Part shown: positions 49,806 to 60,649 of the stretch, one piece after another
How the letters are laid out: the number at the start of each line of letters is the position of its first letter
How positions within the stretch are numbered: the first letter of the stretch is position 1
Source of the DNA: Basidiobolus meristosporus CBS 931.73
Lineage: Eukaryota > Fungi > Basidiobolomycota
Reading direction: 5' to 3'
DNA: 64,000 bases
NCBI GenBank assembly: GCA_002104905.1
Contig: MCFE01000109.1
Span: 104,489 to 168,488, forward strand
Program-made: the position numbers and the translations under genes
The notes under the pieces: model-generated
The model's database searches: none
Told to the model about the DNA's origin: nothing
Seen by the model: only the letters and a program-made list of their open reading frames with translations

Positions 49806-50945
49806 ACAGCGAGTTTAGAATACTATATTCATGTATTTACCAATGTACACTAGTTATATATCTGATTATTTCATGTAATCTTAGCCTTGTATCTTAGAAT
49901 AAACAAGTGTCTACAGAAGTTATTCCACTAGCACTGCCAATCAATGTAATTGGGAGAACATATAGTATTGCTGGTGTTCATATTGAAAGTATTTGGGATG
50001 ACCCCACCACAGGGCTATAACAAAGCTCAAATCCTGTGATTGAGAGGTGTTGATGCGTGTAGGTGTTGTAACAGAAGCTAGGAAAAGTTGGAAATTGTTT
50101 GTAAAAATAACCCTTTCTGAAGAAGCGCTATGGAAGCGAAACTGAGTCCCATAGGATGCTCTCATAGCCTGTTAGTAGGCTTAGTTGGCGGCACCAAAAA
50201 GTCCAACGAGGGTGAGAAGTTTCACCTGGGCAAGGGAGAAGGGTCTGCCTAGTTATCGGTCAAGATCGAGAGTGCAGATCACTTACCATTACGGTGATGC
50301 ACTTGATTCTTTTATGCTCCTTTCGCTTGTCACCTTCCTCTTGGGAGCGAAGGTTTTCATCAATTACCATCTCGCATCTCCGCCAATGATCGCTCATGTC
50401 CGAGTAGATCCTCACTAGATCAGGCTTGTGGATCATATTCCAGTTCCCAACTAAGGGTTCACGAACGAAGACCACAGGCAGCTTCACCAAAGCTCGACCG
50501 AATATCGCACCGCTGAATGTGCTAATTAGCTTTGTGTACGCACTGGCGCAGAGGCACCTTGGTACAAACCGGTGGTTAATTAACTTCAAACATATGAAAC
50601 TCGAATGCTATAAGGCGATATAAAAAGAGGTTACGTTTCCAGGTGTTGGTAAATGGTGTGGAAATAAAGCATGAAACTGAGAGTGCAGCCACCTACAACA
50701 ATCAGCTATGGCCTCCAATCGCGTCGCCCTCGACAGGCCGGGTGGTAGGTGACTCATTCGGAGAGAACACTTACAAATGGATACCACTGTGGAGAATCGC
50801 CGACTCATTTCTATACCACGGAGGTAAGCCGCTCCTTGGTGTCGAAGTTGTGTGGTATAGTTAAATAGGATTTATTCGGTATCCAGATTATACGTCAGAG
50901 ATTCAGTACAATGAATGGGTAGTTGAAAATTATTGCCCACGCGCA

Positions 50946-51074
50946 TTATGATGGGTCCTTGCCGTTGTTGGGAAGGTTGAGGGGCTTCAGGTTGATACTG
51001 AGGTAGTGCTTGTCGGGGAGCGCATAGCTGATCTCGCGAACATCCACATTCTGACCTGACACCTTCTCGCCCAT
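50946..51074 (-). pseudogene. Isolated urate oxidase (uricase) C-terminal fragment, 42 codons
   Basis: Manual translation gives MGEKVSGQNVDVREISYALPDKHYLSINLKPLNLPNNGKDPS*, which matches the uricase pattern MxExI...YxLPNKHY...NxGK from memory. Confidence 0.7.
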
Positions 51075-51495
51075 CCTTAGCTATGCCTTCACTTCTATGA
51101 GGCCTTGAAAACGATTGGATTATGATGCCTTTACAGTATCAGGAAGTGCCATTACCTGCCAAGTTCTTGAGTAGAAATACGGTAATTTCATGAAACACCA
51201 TGGATTGTAAAAGCACTTGATCAAACATCGTCGCCATTATTTCCACAACGAACCAAGGAATTGGCCAAGCATGGAATCATCAGGGCAATGAAGATTATTG
51301 GGTGATTCTGGTTCCAGGGCTACGCTAACTGTACAGAGATGGAAATGACACACAGTGTTTGAATGCCAAAGTAATCATCGGTTCTAGGCTGCATAGAAAG
51401 TATCAGCCAAACTAATTGCAACATTCATGCAGCAACTCATAATCAGTATATAAAGAAGTGATTGGAACATCTAAATCCTCACCAGTCTGCCCTCC

Positions 51496-52068
51496 ATGTC
51501 CATCATAAAATCCCTACTGTTGATCAGTGTTGCGATTGCTCTTACACACAATCCTGTTGCTAGTCAGGAAGTTGAAGATGGTGGCACTGCTGTTGCCAGT
51601 CAGGGGACTACTGATGGTGGAGCCGCGGTACCGGGCCCTGAAGCCGTTCGCTTGGAAAAGCGCTACGGTGGTGGCCCCGCTCTCTTCAGTTCTCATAGCA
51701 TTGCAGGAAGTGTACCCGTTATTCAAGGCAATCCTCTGAATCTGGGAAAGAGTAGCAAAGGAAAGAAGCATGGGCATGGGCATGGGCACGGTCACGGTCA
51801 CGGAACTGCTGGAAAACGCGGTCCGCGTGGCCCACGTGGTCCACGTGGAAGACAGGGGAAGCGGGGGAGACAAGGAAAGCGAGGAAGACCTGGTAGACCA
51901 GGCAGACCAGGTAAAACCGAGATCCATGTTGTAAATCACTCACCTCCCTCACCTCCCTCACCTCCAACAACTCCTATCCCTGAACCAAAACCTTATTCTG
52001 ATGATGTTCCCCCGGTCACAAATTCTCATACGGAAGATGGTGCCTCTCCGGCTGAGCCAAATTACTAG
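51496..52068 (+). CDS. Secreted collagen-like protein, 190 aa
   Basis: Signal peptide, LEKR site, (HG)n tract, 12 consecutive Gly-X-Y triplets and a Pro-rich tail; TATATAAA at 51447. Confidence 0.85.
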   Translation: MSIIKSLLLISVAIALTHNPVASQEVEDGGTAVASQGTTDGGAAVPGPEAVRLEKRYGGGPALFSSHSIAGSVPVIQGNPLNLGKSSKGKKHGHGHGHGHGHGTAGKRGPRGPRGPRGRQGKRGRQGKRGRPGRPGRPGKTEIHVVNHSPPSPPSPPTTPIPEPKPYSDDVPPVTNSHTEDGASPAEPNY

Positions 52069-53436
52069 TTGCGGGAATAATAAAGAACTGAAGGATTGAC
52101 GGAAATACATTATAATTACTATGAGCAGCACATCTATTCAATAATACAATCATTTGCCACGATGGTGGTCAAAGATATTGTTTATCTAAAACATTTCCGA
52201 ATCTATTTCTCTTTCTCGATGCCACACAACTAGACTTGATACGCATAAATGAGCAGGCATTGAATTGTGGTTGAAAGTGTTTGTGTCAGCTCATTGCACC
52301 AAGATACTTTGCCTATATGTACCTGACTAGTGATAATACCAGTAGCGATGGTTCTGGAATCACCGAAGCTAGCATGCATTAATAATGGAAATGAAACGGT
52401 TCTGGATACGGAATGGAGGTAATGGCCAGGATGCTACTGATTCTGACAGTGTTTAAGTAGTCAAGAGCTTGTGCAGAAGCGGAGGCCCGTACTATTTTTG
52501 GACTATAGTATAAAGTCGCCTATACATACAAATATAATCCAGTAAACCATACAATGGCAAATATGGGGGGAAAAGGCGTTGTTTACTCAATTCGCGAGGC
52601 AGGGGGTGAACTACCAATCGTCATTTTTGGCTAAAGTTGGGTTGATTCTGATAGTTAACACACTGAACTGTATCTTGGCTTAATGAGACTGAGCAGGAAA
52701 AGGAAGGGGCACTTGTTTACATATGGAATTCTAGAGCCAAAAAGATGTGTTAGCACAACAAGAGTGCTTAGACTTTGTCAAAGCAATAAAACAATACATA
52801 GAAGATGAGAGTTACATGGGAAAATGCTCCTGACAAATTCTTTAAGATAGCAAATTGTATGTGATATTTAACACGAGTAAGGGACCTGGTCTTTGACACA
52901 TGATATAATTTTCTTGTTGCAAATGGTAAACTTCACCAACGACCTGCAGTATTTTCGTAAGCCCTATTGTTAGCAGAAAGGTACGTTGAATCTGCCAGCT
53001 GCTGCGAATAATATATGCTGGGACAACCTAGTAAGAGGAGAAAGTCGCGGGTTGCAAATCTTTTATCTTATGCGATCTGTTAGGAGGTACATCTGGTACA
53101 GTCGGAATCAATCCAAAATCAGCTTCCTAGTAACTATGGGGGTATATTCCATACAGTATGGTTCTGACGGGTATTGCCTTTTACTTGAGTCGAGGGAAAA
53201 TATATAGTAATCCTTTATAGCACTACTACACTACAATAAAAGTATGCGTCTGTTACATATACATGGATGATGCTTCATTACTATGGTTCAGGAAAGGTAG
53301 GGTTTCAAGTGCCCTATCCATGTTCTGGCTCTGTTAGGTTCTATGTACTAGATACTATGTCGTTGGGTTTGGGCTTGTTCCTAACATGGTCTTAAGTACC
53401 AAGCCTTTGGGCGCCATATTGTACCAGTTTGCAATT

Positions 53437-53509
53437 GGGGCGTTGGCCTAATGGATAAGGCATCAGACTTCGGATCTGGGGATTGTGGGTTCGAGTCCCA
53501 TGCGCCTCG
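53437..53509 (+). tRNA. tRNA-Arg (anticodon TCG)
   Basis: 73-nt cloverleaf: acceptor GGGGCGT/GCGCCTC, anticodon arm TCAGA-CTTCGGA-TCTGG, T-loop TTCGAGT. Confidence 0.96.
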
Positions 53510-55333
53510 TGGATATATTTTGGAATCTTCATGATATGCCCTTTCTGTCCTTATGCTTAGCTACAGCTTTGCGAGTTTGCTTTAACCTCTTTGTTCACTC
53601 TAGATGTTTACCTAAAGAAAGGTATAGCAGTATACATGACAAAATGATGGACTTGATCGATTCTCTATCAAGAGTGTGGTCCTTGTAAAAGATATGAAAT
53701 CATGAACTCACCCAGGAAAACCAAACAAAGATTTGTATTCGATGATAATGATTAACAGGACTTTATCTGCAGCGAGTGCCAGTTAGACCATTGTTTGGGA
53801 GTTGTAGCGTAAATTGGATATTCCTCTGCTCCATGTTCTTACATACTTGTAATGCCACCATATAAAGTGAACTCTTGTGATGGTTTCGCTATGAATGACA
53901 GTATGAACAAAACAGGTGTGGTAATGAGTACAAAAAAGTGCCTCATTCAATGGGCCTGCCAAATAACCGTCATAATCACTTTGCCTGTGTATACAGCTAA
54001 GAGTAAGGAAGAGAAATCTCTTGAAGAAATGAGTGCTAAAGCTACTTTCATTGTTTTTTAACATTCAGTGGCTTTATTGAACCTTTCAAAAGGGGGTTGT
54101 TTTCTCAAAAAGCTCAAAAAAAGGGATAATTTCTGGTAGACCGGAAGGCGACGAGCACCCGCGCATATTTTTTATGAGGTTGGTTCTCTGGAAATTCCAG
54201 ATGGAGGTAATTGCTTTGGTAGAATGTTGTGCACTCTATAAAATGAACGGTCAAGCACAGCACACTGTGCATAAATAGCATTCCCAAAATACTCCTGTTT
54301 CATTTAATGTAGTTGTATTAAGATTTTAATGAACTCAATGTATAGCACAAGTAAAATGTGCAAGCTCATGTAGTTTGAATTAGCTACAATGCTTGGAATT
54401 TATGCAGATTTGAGAGGTTTATCTTTTGTAGAGCATAAAGCCTGGACCTTACTATACTTACAGTGCAGATCGAACTGATATTTTGGCAGTTTCCAAGGTC
54501 TTAAGAATGGCTATATTTTGTTACGGTTGTAAATAGAAGTCCTAACTAAACAACGATCTCTTAGGAATCCGGTGAGGGTAAGAGTCAATCTAGGGTATGA
54601 AGGAGAAGATACTTTGTACATGTATAAGCCTGGCTGTAATAGTTATTCATAGATTACTTACATATTATGTGCTAAACTAGGCTTTAGTGATGACCAGTAA
54701 TAGATAGGGTTTTTGTCAGGGTAACTCTATTGGTGTGCAGATCAGCATGGTCGATCTTTTACCGATATAGATGATTGACTTCTATTGGGTGGTTACTACT
54801 TATCCTAAAGGCATACTTTACGCTGTAGCAAACGTTATGATATCCGGGTTCGTCCTTGTCTCTTAGGTTAGTGAAACAAGGTCTGTCTTTATTTTGGCTT
54901 AAGATCTGGTATTTAACACATTCTGCAATTGCTTGCCTACAGTCTTGTTTCATATTTGACCGTCTGTTTGCATATACTTAGGTACCACTTGGTACTGACA
55001 CCTCTATATATGCCTAGCTTCTCAGTTCATTCAGGTCAGGTCTCGGACTATTATAACAGGGACTGTTACGCGGTAAAACAGTTTGTGGCAAGAGAGAAGG
55101 CTACTACTATTGCAGGGCGAAGTAGGCCAGCATTGAAAGACTGAGATATTTATTGTAAATGATGGATGGTGTGGCTATTTAAGAGATGATGTTCTTCCTT
55201 TGTGTCAAGGATCTATATCATAACTCTCCTTTTTCTTATAGGAATAAAGTGATACATATATATTTGTGAGGGCTGGTTACCTAGCTTTCCTTATTTGGTT
55301 TTTCTTTGCCCGCGATTCTTTACGTTATATTAT

Positions 55334-55978
55334 GTTACGTAAATAAAGAGTAGTGTCCTTTAAATAGTACGTAAATAGATACCTTGTATGTTATCTCGTA
55401 GATTTAATGGGGTAGTGTGAGAATGTCTCTTAAAAGGTTAGGATGGTGACTTGTAGAAATATATTCAACCTAATAATCGTTTCTACCACTCTTCCTACTT
55501 CTGACCAAACTTTCTCTTTATTTGATTGTTTGATTAGTATTCATATCTTATTCCAAGTCTGGTGAATTGCCTCCTTTACTTTTCCCAGGCTACTAAGTCG
55601 TCTTTGCATGCGTTGATCTCACATAACATTGACTGACTCCTTACTCTGGAGAATTGTTACGTACTTAAAGAGTAATGTCCCTTGAGAGTACGAAAATGGA
55701 TAACGTGTATGTTATCTCGTAGATTCGACGGGGTAGTATAAGAATATCTGTTAAAAGGTTAGGGTGGTGACTTCGTAGAAATATATTCAAGCTAAAATTC
55801 GTTTCTACTGCGCTTTCTACTTATAACCAAAACTCCTTTTATTTGATTATTTGTTTGTATTTATACCTTTTTGTGAGTCTGGTGATTCGTCTTGCGTTGC
55901 TTTTCCCTGGCTACTAAGTCGTCTTGTATGCGTTGATGTCACTTGACATCGAGTGACTCCTTACTCTGTAGCAGAATT
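55334..55978. repeat. Diverged tandem duplication of a 322-bp non-coding unit
   Basis: Units start at 55334 and 55656, with conserved blocks TGTATGTTATCTCGTAGATT, TTAAAAGGTTAGG, GTAGAAATATATTCAA, GGCTACTAAGTCGTCTT and TGACTCCTTACTCTG. Confidence 0.9.
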
Positions 55979-55985
55979 TCAGATA

Positions 55986-56057
55986 GCCTGCTTAGCGCAG
56001 TGGTAGCGCGTCAGTCTCGTAAACTGAAGGTCGCCAGTTCAATCCTGGCAGTAGGCA
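55986..56057 (+). tRNA. tRNA-Thr (anticodon CGT)
   Basis: 72-nt cloverleaf: acceptor GCCTGCT/AGTAGGC, anticodon arm TCAGT-CTCGTAA-ACTGA, T arm GCCAG-TTCAATC-CTGGC. Confidence 0.96.
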
Positions 56058-56139
56058 CAATTTTACATCGATGATGATCAATTTTTACCAGCAAATTATT
56101 GAAATTCCCATAATTCCATTTGCTTATGCATAAACATGG

Positions 56140-56146
56140 TATAAAA
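56140..56146 (+). promoter_or_regulatory. TATA box upstream of U6
   Basis: TATAAAA starting about 27 bp before the inferred U6 start. Confidence 0.7.
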
Positions 56147-56166
56147 CGCTGTGGGGGCCATTGCGT

Positions 56167-56199
56167 GTGTCAAGTTCTTCGGGACCTCTGACACTTGAA

Positions 56200-56230
<31 letters not shown>

Positions 56231-56291
56231 GGCCCCTGCACAAGGATGACACGTAAATCTTGAGTGGACCCCTCTTCGGAGGACATTTTTT
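56167..56291 (+). ncRNA. U6: U6 spliceosomal snRNA
   Basis: Invariant core GATACAGAGAAGATTAGCATGGCCCCTGCACAAGGATGACACG, a 5' UUCG stem-loop and a T6 Pol III terminator at 56286-56291. Confidence 0.96.
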
Positions 56292-56669
56292 TGATAGTCT
56301 ATTATCTGAATTACCCGGAACATTGCCTAAAATACGTAGGGTTAATTGTAGCTTAAGGAACTACGCACTACCGATGTAGATTATGTAGTAAAGTACTAGA
56401 CTAAACAGTATTCTTTGACTCGTTCATTGATTTGGAACTATCAATCACAAAGTGGTATATAAGCTTATTAGAAATCTCCACATCAAACTACATACTTGGA
56501 ATTTATATGATAACCTGCTAGTATTCAAATGTATTTTTGCTGCATTCAGCTGGTGTTCTTCCTTCAGATTTTTAGTTCCAATTTTTGTCAAAGTAGTGAG
56601 GACCTTGTTACCAAATTTGTATGGACTAGGGATATGGGAGTGAAAGTCACCAAGTTGGTGAGATCTTTA

Positions 56670-56961
56670 TGTTGTAAAGATTTGTAATTCCACCTAAATA
56701 TTCACCAAACTCAGTCACTATGATCATTACCTACCAATCTTAGAGAATATTGATCAAATTCCTTGTCAGGATTTACTCAGAATATTTCCATCAAACTATC
56801 AGTTACCCAGAACTGGAAAATTCTCAAAGTTGGCCAAGCAGCCCCAAACTTTGCACACATGTTCTTGGGAACTTCCTAAACCTATTCCACATGTCTGTTA
56901 TGCCAAGACCACGTAAAAGTACAAATATTACTTTTACATAAAGAAATCAATAAGTAAAAAT
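56670..56961 (+). mobile_element. Copia LTR truncated by the adjacent LTR
   Basis: Starts TGTTGTAAAG and is collinear with 56962-57250. Confidence 0.8.
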
Positions 56962-59679
56962 TGTTGTAAAAATTTGTAATTCCACCTATATATTCACCTA
57001 ACTTAGTCACTTAGATCATCACCTTCAAATCCCAGAGAATACTAATCAAATGCCTTGTTGGGATTTACTTGGAATATTTTCACCAAGATATCAGGTACCC
57101 AGAGCATGAAAATTAAATAAGTTGTCCAAACAGCCCCAAACTTTGAACACATGTTCTTGGGACTTTCCTTAAACTATTCTATGTGCTTGCTATGCCAAGA
57201 CCATGTAAAAGTCTAAATACTACTTTTACATTCAATAAATCATTAAGTGAAAACCACATAATCTACTTGTTCTTCCAAATCACTTCCAATATCTCCAAGA
57301 TTCTGACAACAAGTAAGGAACACCAAGCTTTCACTCTCTGCAATGTCTACTACTGCTATTACTGGAATTTTCCCCTCTGCTGAAAACTTGGATGGATCGA
57401 ATTACCAAGTGTAGAAGGTGAAGATGAAGATGCTGCTACAAGAAAGAGGCCTTTAGGATATTGTTGTGGGAGAGGAATGCCCACCTAAAAATGTGGGAGA
57501 GGAAGCCTTAATGTACCACAAGAAAAACAAAGTGCCTTTAACTGCATTTGCCTTAATGTTAAGGACAAATTGCTGATTCAATGCTTAAGAGCAAAAGCGG
57601 CAAAGAATGCCTGGAAGGCATTAGAAGACACCTATTAGTCATGTTTAGCTGCTAAGAAAATGTATTTTAGACAAAAATTCTTCACGACTCAGATGCTGCC
57701 AGGAGAAGAAATGAAAAATCTAATTAACAGAATTACACTGCTGGTAGATGAAATGGAATCTGTGGGAGTACCAACTACTGATGAGGATGTGATAGTTGTT
57801 GTATCCAAGAGAAAGTGTAATAAAACTCTTGAATAGTTTAACTGAACCAAAGGGACAATTAAGTGCAGAATCTTAGAATTGTCAGAGAGTGGCGGAAATA
57901 TTAGCAGAAAGATTCTGATCTAATATCGGTCTTGGATATAGCTGGGTTGGCTATAAGGACAATGATATTTGTTTGCTAGGCAGGCTAGGCTTGGTGTTCT
58001 TTGGAGTGCTAGATATACTAGGCTTGGATAGGAACTAGAACGGAATTGTTGGGTTCTTATTTTTGCTTGAGACAGAATCTTAATTCCGTTGAGACACACA
58101 CTAAACCAAAAGGTTCAGTAAACTTTATTTATACTTTTCTGATCAAGTTGAATTAGTAAGCGCCAAGGGACTGGATTGATTGAGATAAATTTGGGTGCTC
58201 ATAGGTGCATAAGATAAATGAAAATTACATCATCAATCAACTGATGTCTTGGCAACTGCACCGTGGTTGGATAGATCTCAGATGACTAATCACCTGGGAA
58301 GGCTTGGCAGATAGGTTGATAACGTAATGACCATTTGAAAATAGATCAGGTGTGATAGCTAAAAATAGATTCTGAGGTGGGATAAAATAAACTGTAACTG
58401 GGATTTGTTATGTTTGGGTTAGGGAAAATCAGTTAGGGTACTAGATTTTCAAACGGAGTAAAATTGGCTAAGTTTTAAATGTTGATGCACAACAATAGTT
58501 ACCATCCTGAATAGCCTGACAGACAAGTTCCAGGGCCTTGTATCAGCCCTAGAGTCCAGAACTGAAGATTTGACCTTAAATTACGTATATGGAAGGCTCC
58601 CCAATGAAGAATTAAGAAAATCAAGTGCCAATAAGTAGGAAGAAGAAAATGCTTTAATAAACAATGATAACCAACAAAGGAGGTACCCAAGACCCTACAA
58701 AGGCAAAAGCAACCTGTTTTGCAACTACTGCAAAAGGAAAGGACACACATCAGACTGGTGTCTTAAAAAGAGAGATAATCAACAAAAGAAGCCTGAATAT
58801 GGAAATGCTGCACCAACTGAAGATAGACTATTCATATCTGTGCTAAATATGACCACAAACAAGTATTCTCAGAAGCGGTATATTGACTGTGGAGCATCTC
58901 AACACTTTACACACCAAAAAGAACTTTTCACCCAATATCAAGAAATTCCAAATAAGAAGGTTTTCATGGGTGACATTAGAACACTTGATGCAGTGGGAGA
59001 AGGAACTATCCAAGTAAACCTAAGAAACAGTGAAGGAAGCCATACACTGACCTTTAAAGAAGTACTCTATGTACCAGAAGTAGCCAAGAACCTACTATCT
59101 GTAAGCAAGGCCACTGCAGAAGGACTCAGTTTCAGCTTTGACAATTCTGGATGCAAGATCACTGATCAAAATGGTGCCCATATTGCTTTTGGTATCAGAG
59201 ATCAGGATCTATACACGTTGACTTATGTTCCATCATACTTGAAAGCCAATATAAGTAACATGAATGAAGAAACACCAATGCTTTGGCACAGGAGATTTGG
59301 GCACATCAATTTTGATTATTTGCGCAAAATGATCAAAGATCAGCTAATTTCTGGAGTAAAAATTGATCCCCTAGCTGATTTGTAGCACTGTGAAGCCTGC
59401 ATATATAGGAAACAAGCCAGACAACTGTTCAAGAGCTCTGGGTTAATCAAAACTAAGAAAAAATTAGATCTAATTCACTCCGATCTGTGTGGACCTATGC
59501 AAAATTTATCCTTAGGTGGGATGAAGTATTTAATCACTTTTATTGATGATTACACAAGATACACATGGGTCTACTTCATGGAGAGAAAGGAAGAAGCTCT
59601 ATCTAAGTTCAGGGAGTTTAAAGCCATGACGGAGAGAGAAACTGGTGAAAAAATCAAGAAAATACGCTCTGACAATGGT
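56962..59679 (+). mobile_element. Ty1/copia element: 5' LTR 56962-57311, gag from 57343, protease, GAG-pre-integrase and integrase start, cut by a non-LTR insertion
   Basis: LDGSNYQV*KVKMKMLLQERGL*DIV, YIDCGASQHFT, LWHRRFGH, HSDLCGPM, FIDDYTRYTWVYF and RSDNGG. Confidence 0.92.
57797..58494. mobile_element. Solo LTR of a different family, 698 bp
   Basis: TGTTGTATC...GCACAACA termini with a perfect 5-bp TSD ATAGT; removing it restores copia gag. Confidence 0.9.
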
Positions 59680-60649
59680 GGGTTAGGGGGGGATGATCAT
59701 TGCCAAAGGGTGAAATATTTATTTAAATAATAAATAAAGAAGCCAAGTTTGAATATGAATATCTGAGATGCAGGAAGCCTACAAGATAAACTTGGACTTT
59801 GCTGTATCCCAAATATCCTCAATATCAAAGTCTAGAGGAGAGTGTAGCAAGACTGCTTGTTCACTGTAGTATTTCTTGAGGAAGCTTGTGACTTGAAGGG
59901 AAGGAGAGTTTTTCAACAAGCTGGTAAATCTTTTGAGGAGTTCTTTTTCCAGAGAGAATGGCACAAAGAGTGGAATGTCCAAATGATGTCTGAATATATG
60001 CTCTGAGAGCTCCCAATCCAGCATATTTTTGACTTCTTCTGTAAAATCTTCAACAATATCTTTGTCAAGAATAACTTCCAAGAGATCCCTGGCAATGTAC
60101 TGAATGTTAATAATCTTAGGCATATGAATACCTAGGTCCTTGAGGTAGTTTCTTTGTTCTGATATTGGGAGATATCCTGCATTTCTGAAATAGCAAACAG
60201 CCCAGTTGGCAGTAGGAGGAGTATCAGGGCTGAAAGGGAATCTTCTTCTGGCTTTAGAGTGCACTGGCTTAGGAGACTGTCTTGATGGAAGGGCAGCTGG
60301 TTTTGGATGAGCTTGAAGTGCTTGGGAGTAGGTTTGAGTACAAGTAGTAGAAGTTCCTGGTTGCTGAGAATTTTCAGATTGACTGGATGAAGAGCTAATT
60401 GAGGGGCTGCAAGGTAAGGAAGAAGCTGAAAGAGAAGTGGAGAGGGCTGGGTGAAGTTCAGAAAGAGTTTTGAAAAGAATTTGGATCTGAGATTTCAACA
60501 TTGAGTTTTCAGCTTCAAGAAGAGAAACTCTTTGTTCAAGGTAAGAAGTCTGTAAAGAGTGAAAGTTGGGTAAGGACATGGAAGTAGTAAATAAGAAGAA
60601 AGGAGTTGTTGGGGTGGGAGGGTGGGAAAATAGGTAAGAAGAAAAGAGA
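59680..60649 (-). mobile_element. ORF1-only non-LTR unit (unit A)
   Basis: A single intact ORF (59779-60579) resembling ORF1 of unit B, followed by a 3' signature shared with unit B. Confidence 0.65.
59779..60579 (-). CDS. LINE ORF1-like protein, 266 aa: N-terminal coiled coil, S/P-rich linker and conserved C-terminal domain
   Basis: LKDLGIHMPKIINIQYIARDLLEVILDKD aligns by eye with FRSLNIDTSKIVNLAWRRGKILEMIVDRN at 63920-64000. Confidence 0.7.
   Translation of the reverse strand: MSLPNFHSLQTSYLEQRVSLLEAENSMLKSQIQILFKTLSELHPALSTSLSASSLPCSPSISSSSSQSENSQQPGTSTTCTQTYSQALQAHPKPAALPSRQSPKPVHSKARRRFPFSPDTPPTANWAVCYFRNAGYLPISEQRNYLKDLGIHMPKIINIQYIARDLLEVILDKDIVEDFTEEVKNMLDWELSEHIFRHHLDIPLFVPFSLEKELLKRFTSLLKNSPSLQVTSFLKKYYSEQAVLLHSPLDFDIEDIWDTAKSKFIL

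Noticed and set aside
50185-50864. Short overlapping ORFs between Hsp70 and the uricase fragment
   Set aside because: No recognisable motifs or consistent splice structure.
51655-51680. KR-YGGG resembling an opioid peptide precursor site
   Set aside because: It lacks the Phe of YGGF and is most likely coincidental.
55860-55920. Minus-strand GCCAGGGAAAAGCA resembling SRP RNA helix 8
   Set aside because: The apical stem is missing and the motif is not conserved in the other repeat unit.
57400-59420. TGG-to-TAG and CAG-to-TAG stops suggesting CpA-type RIP
   Set aside because: Stop-creating transitions are inherently biased to these contexts, and the transposase copies also differ by transversions. 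A full substitution spectrum is needed.
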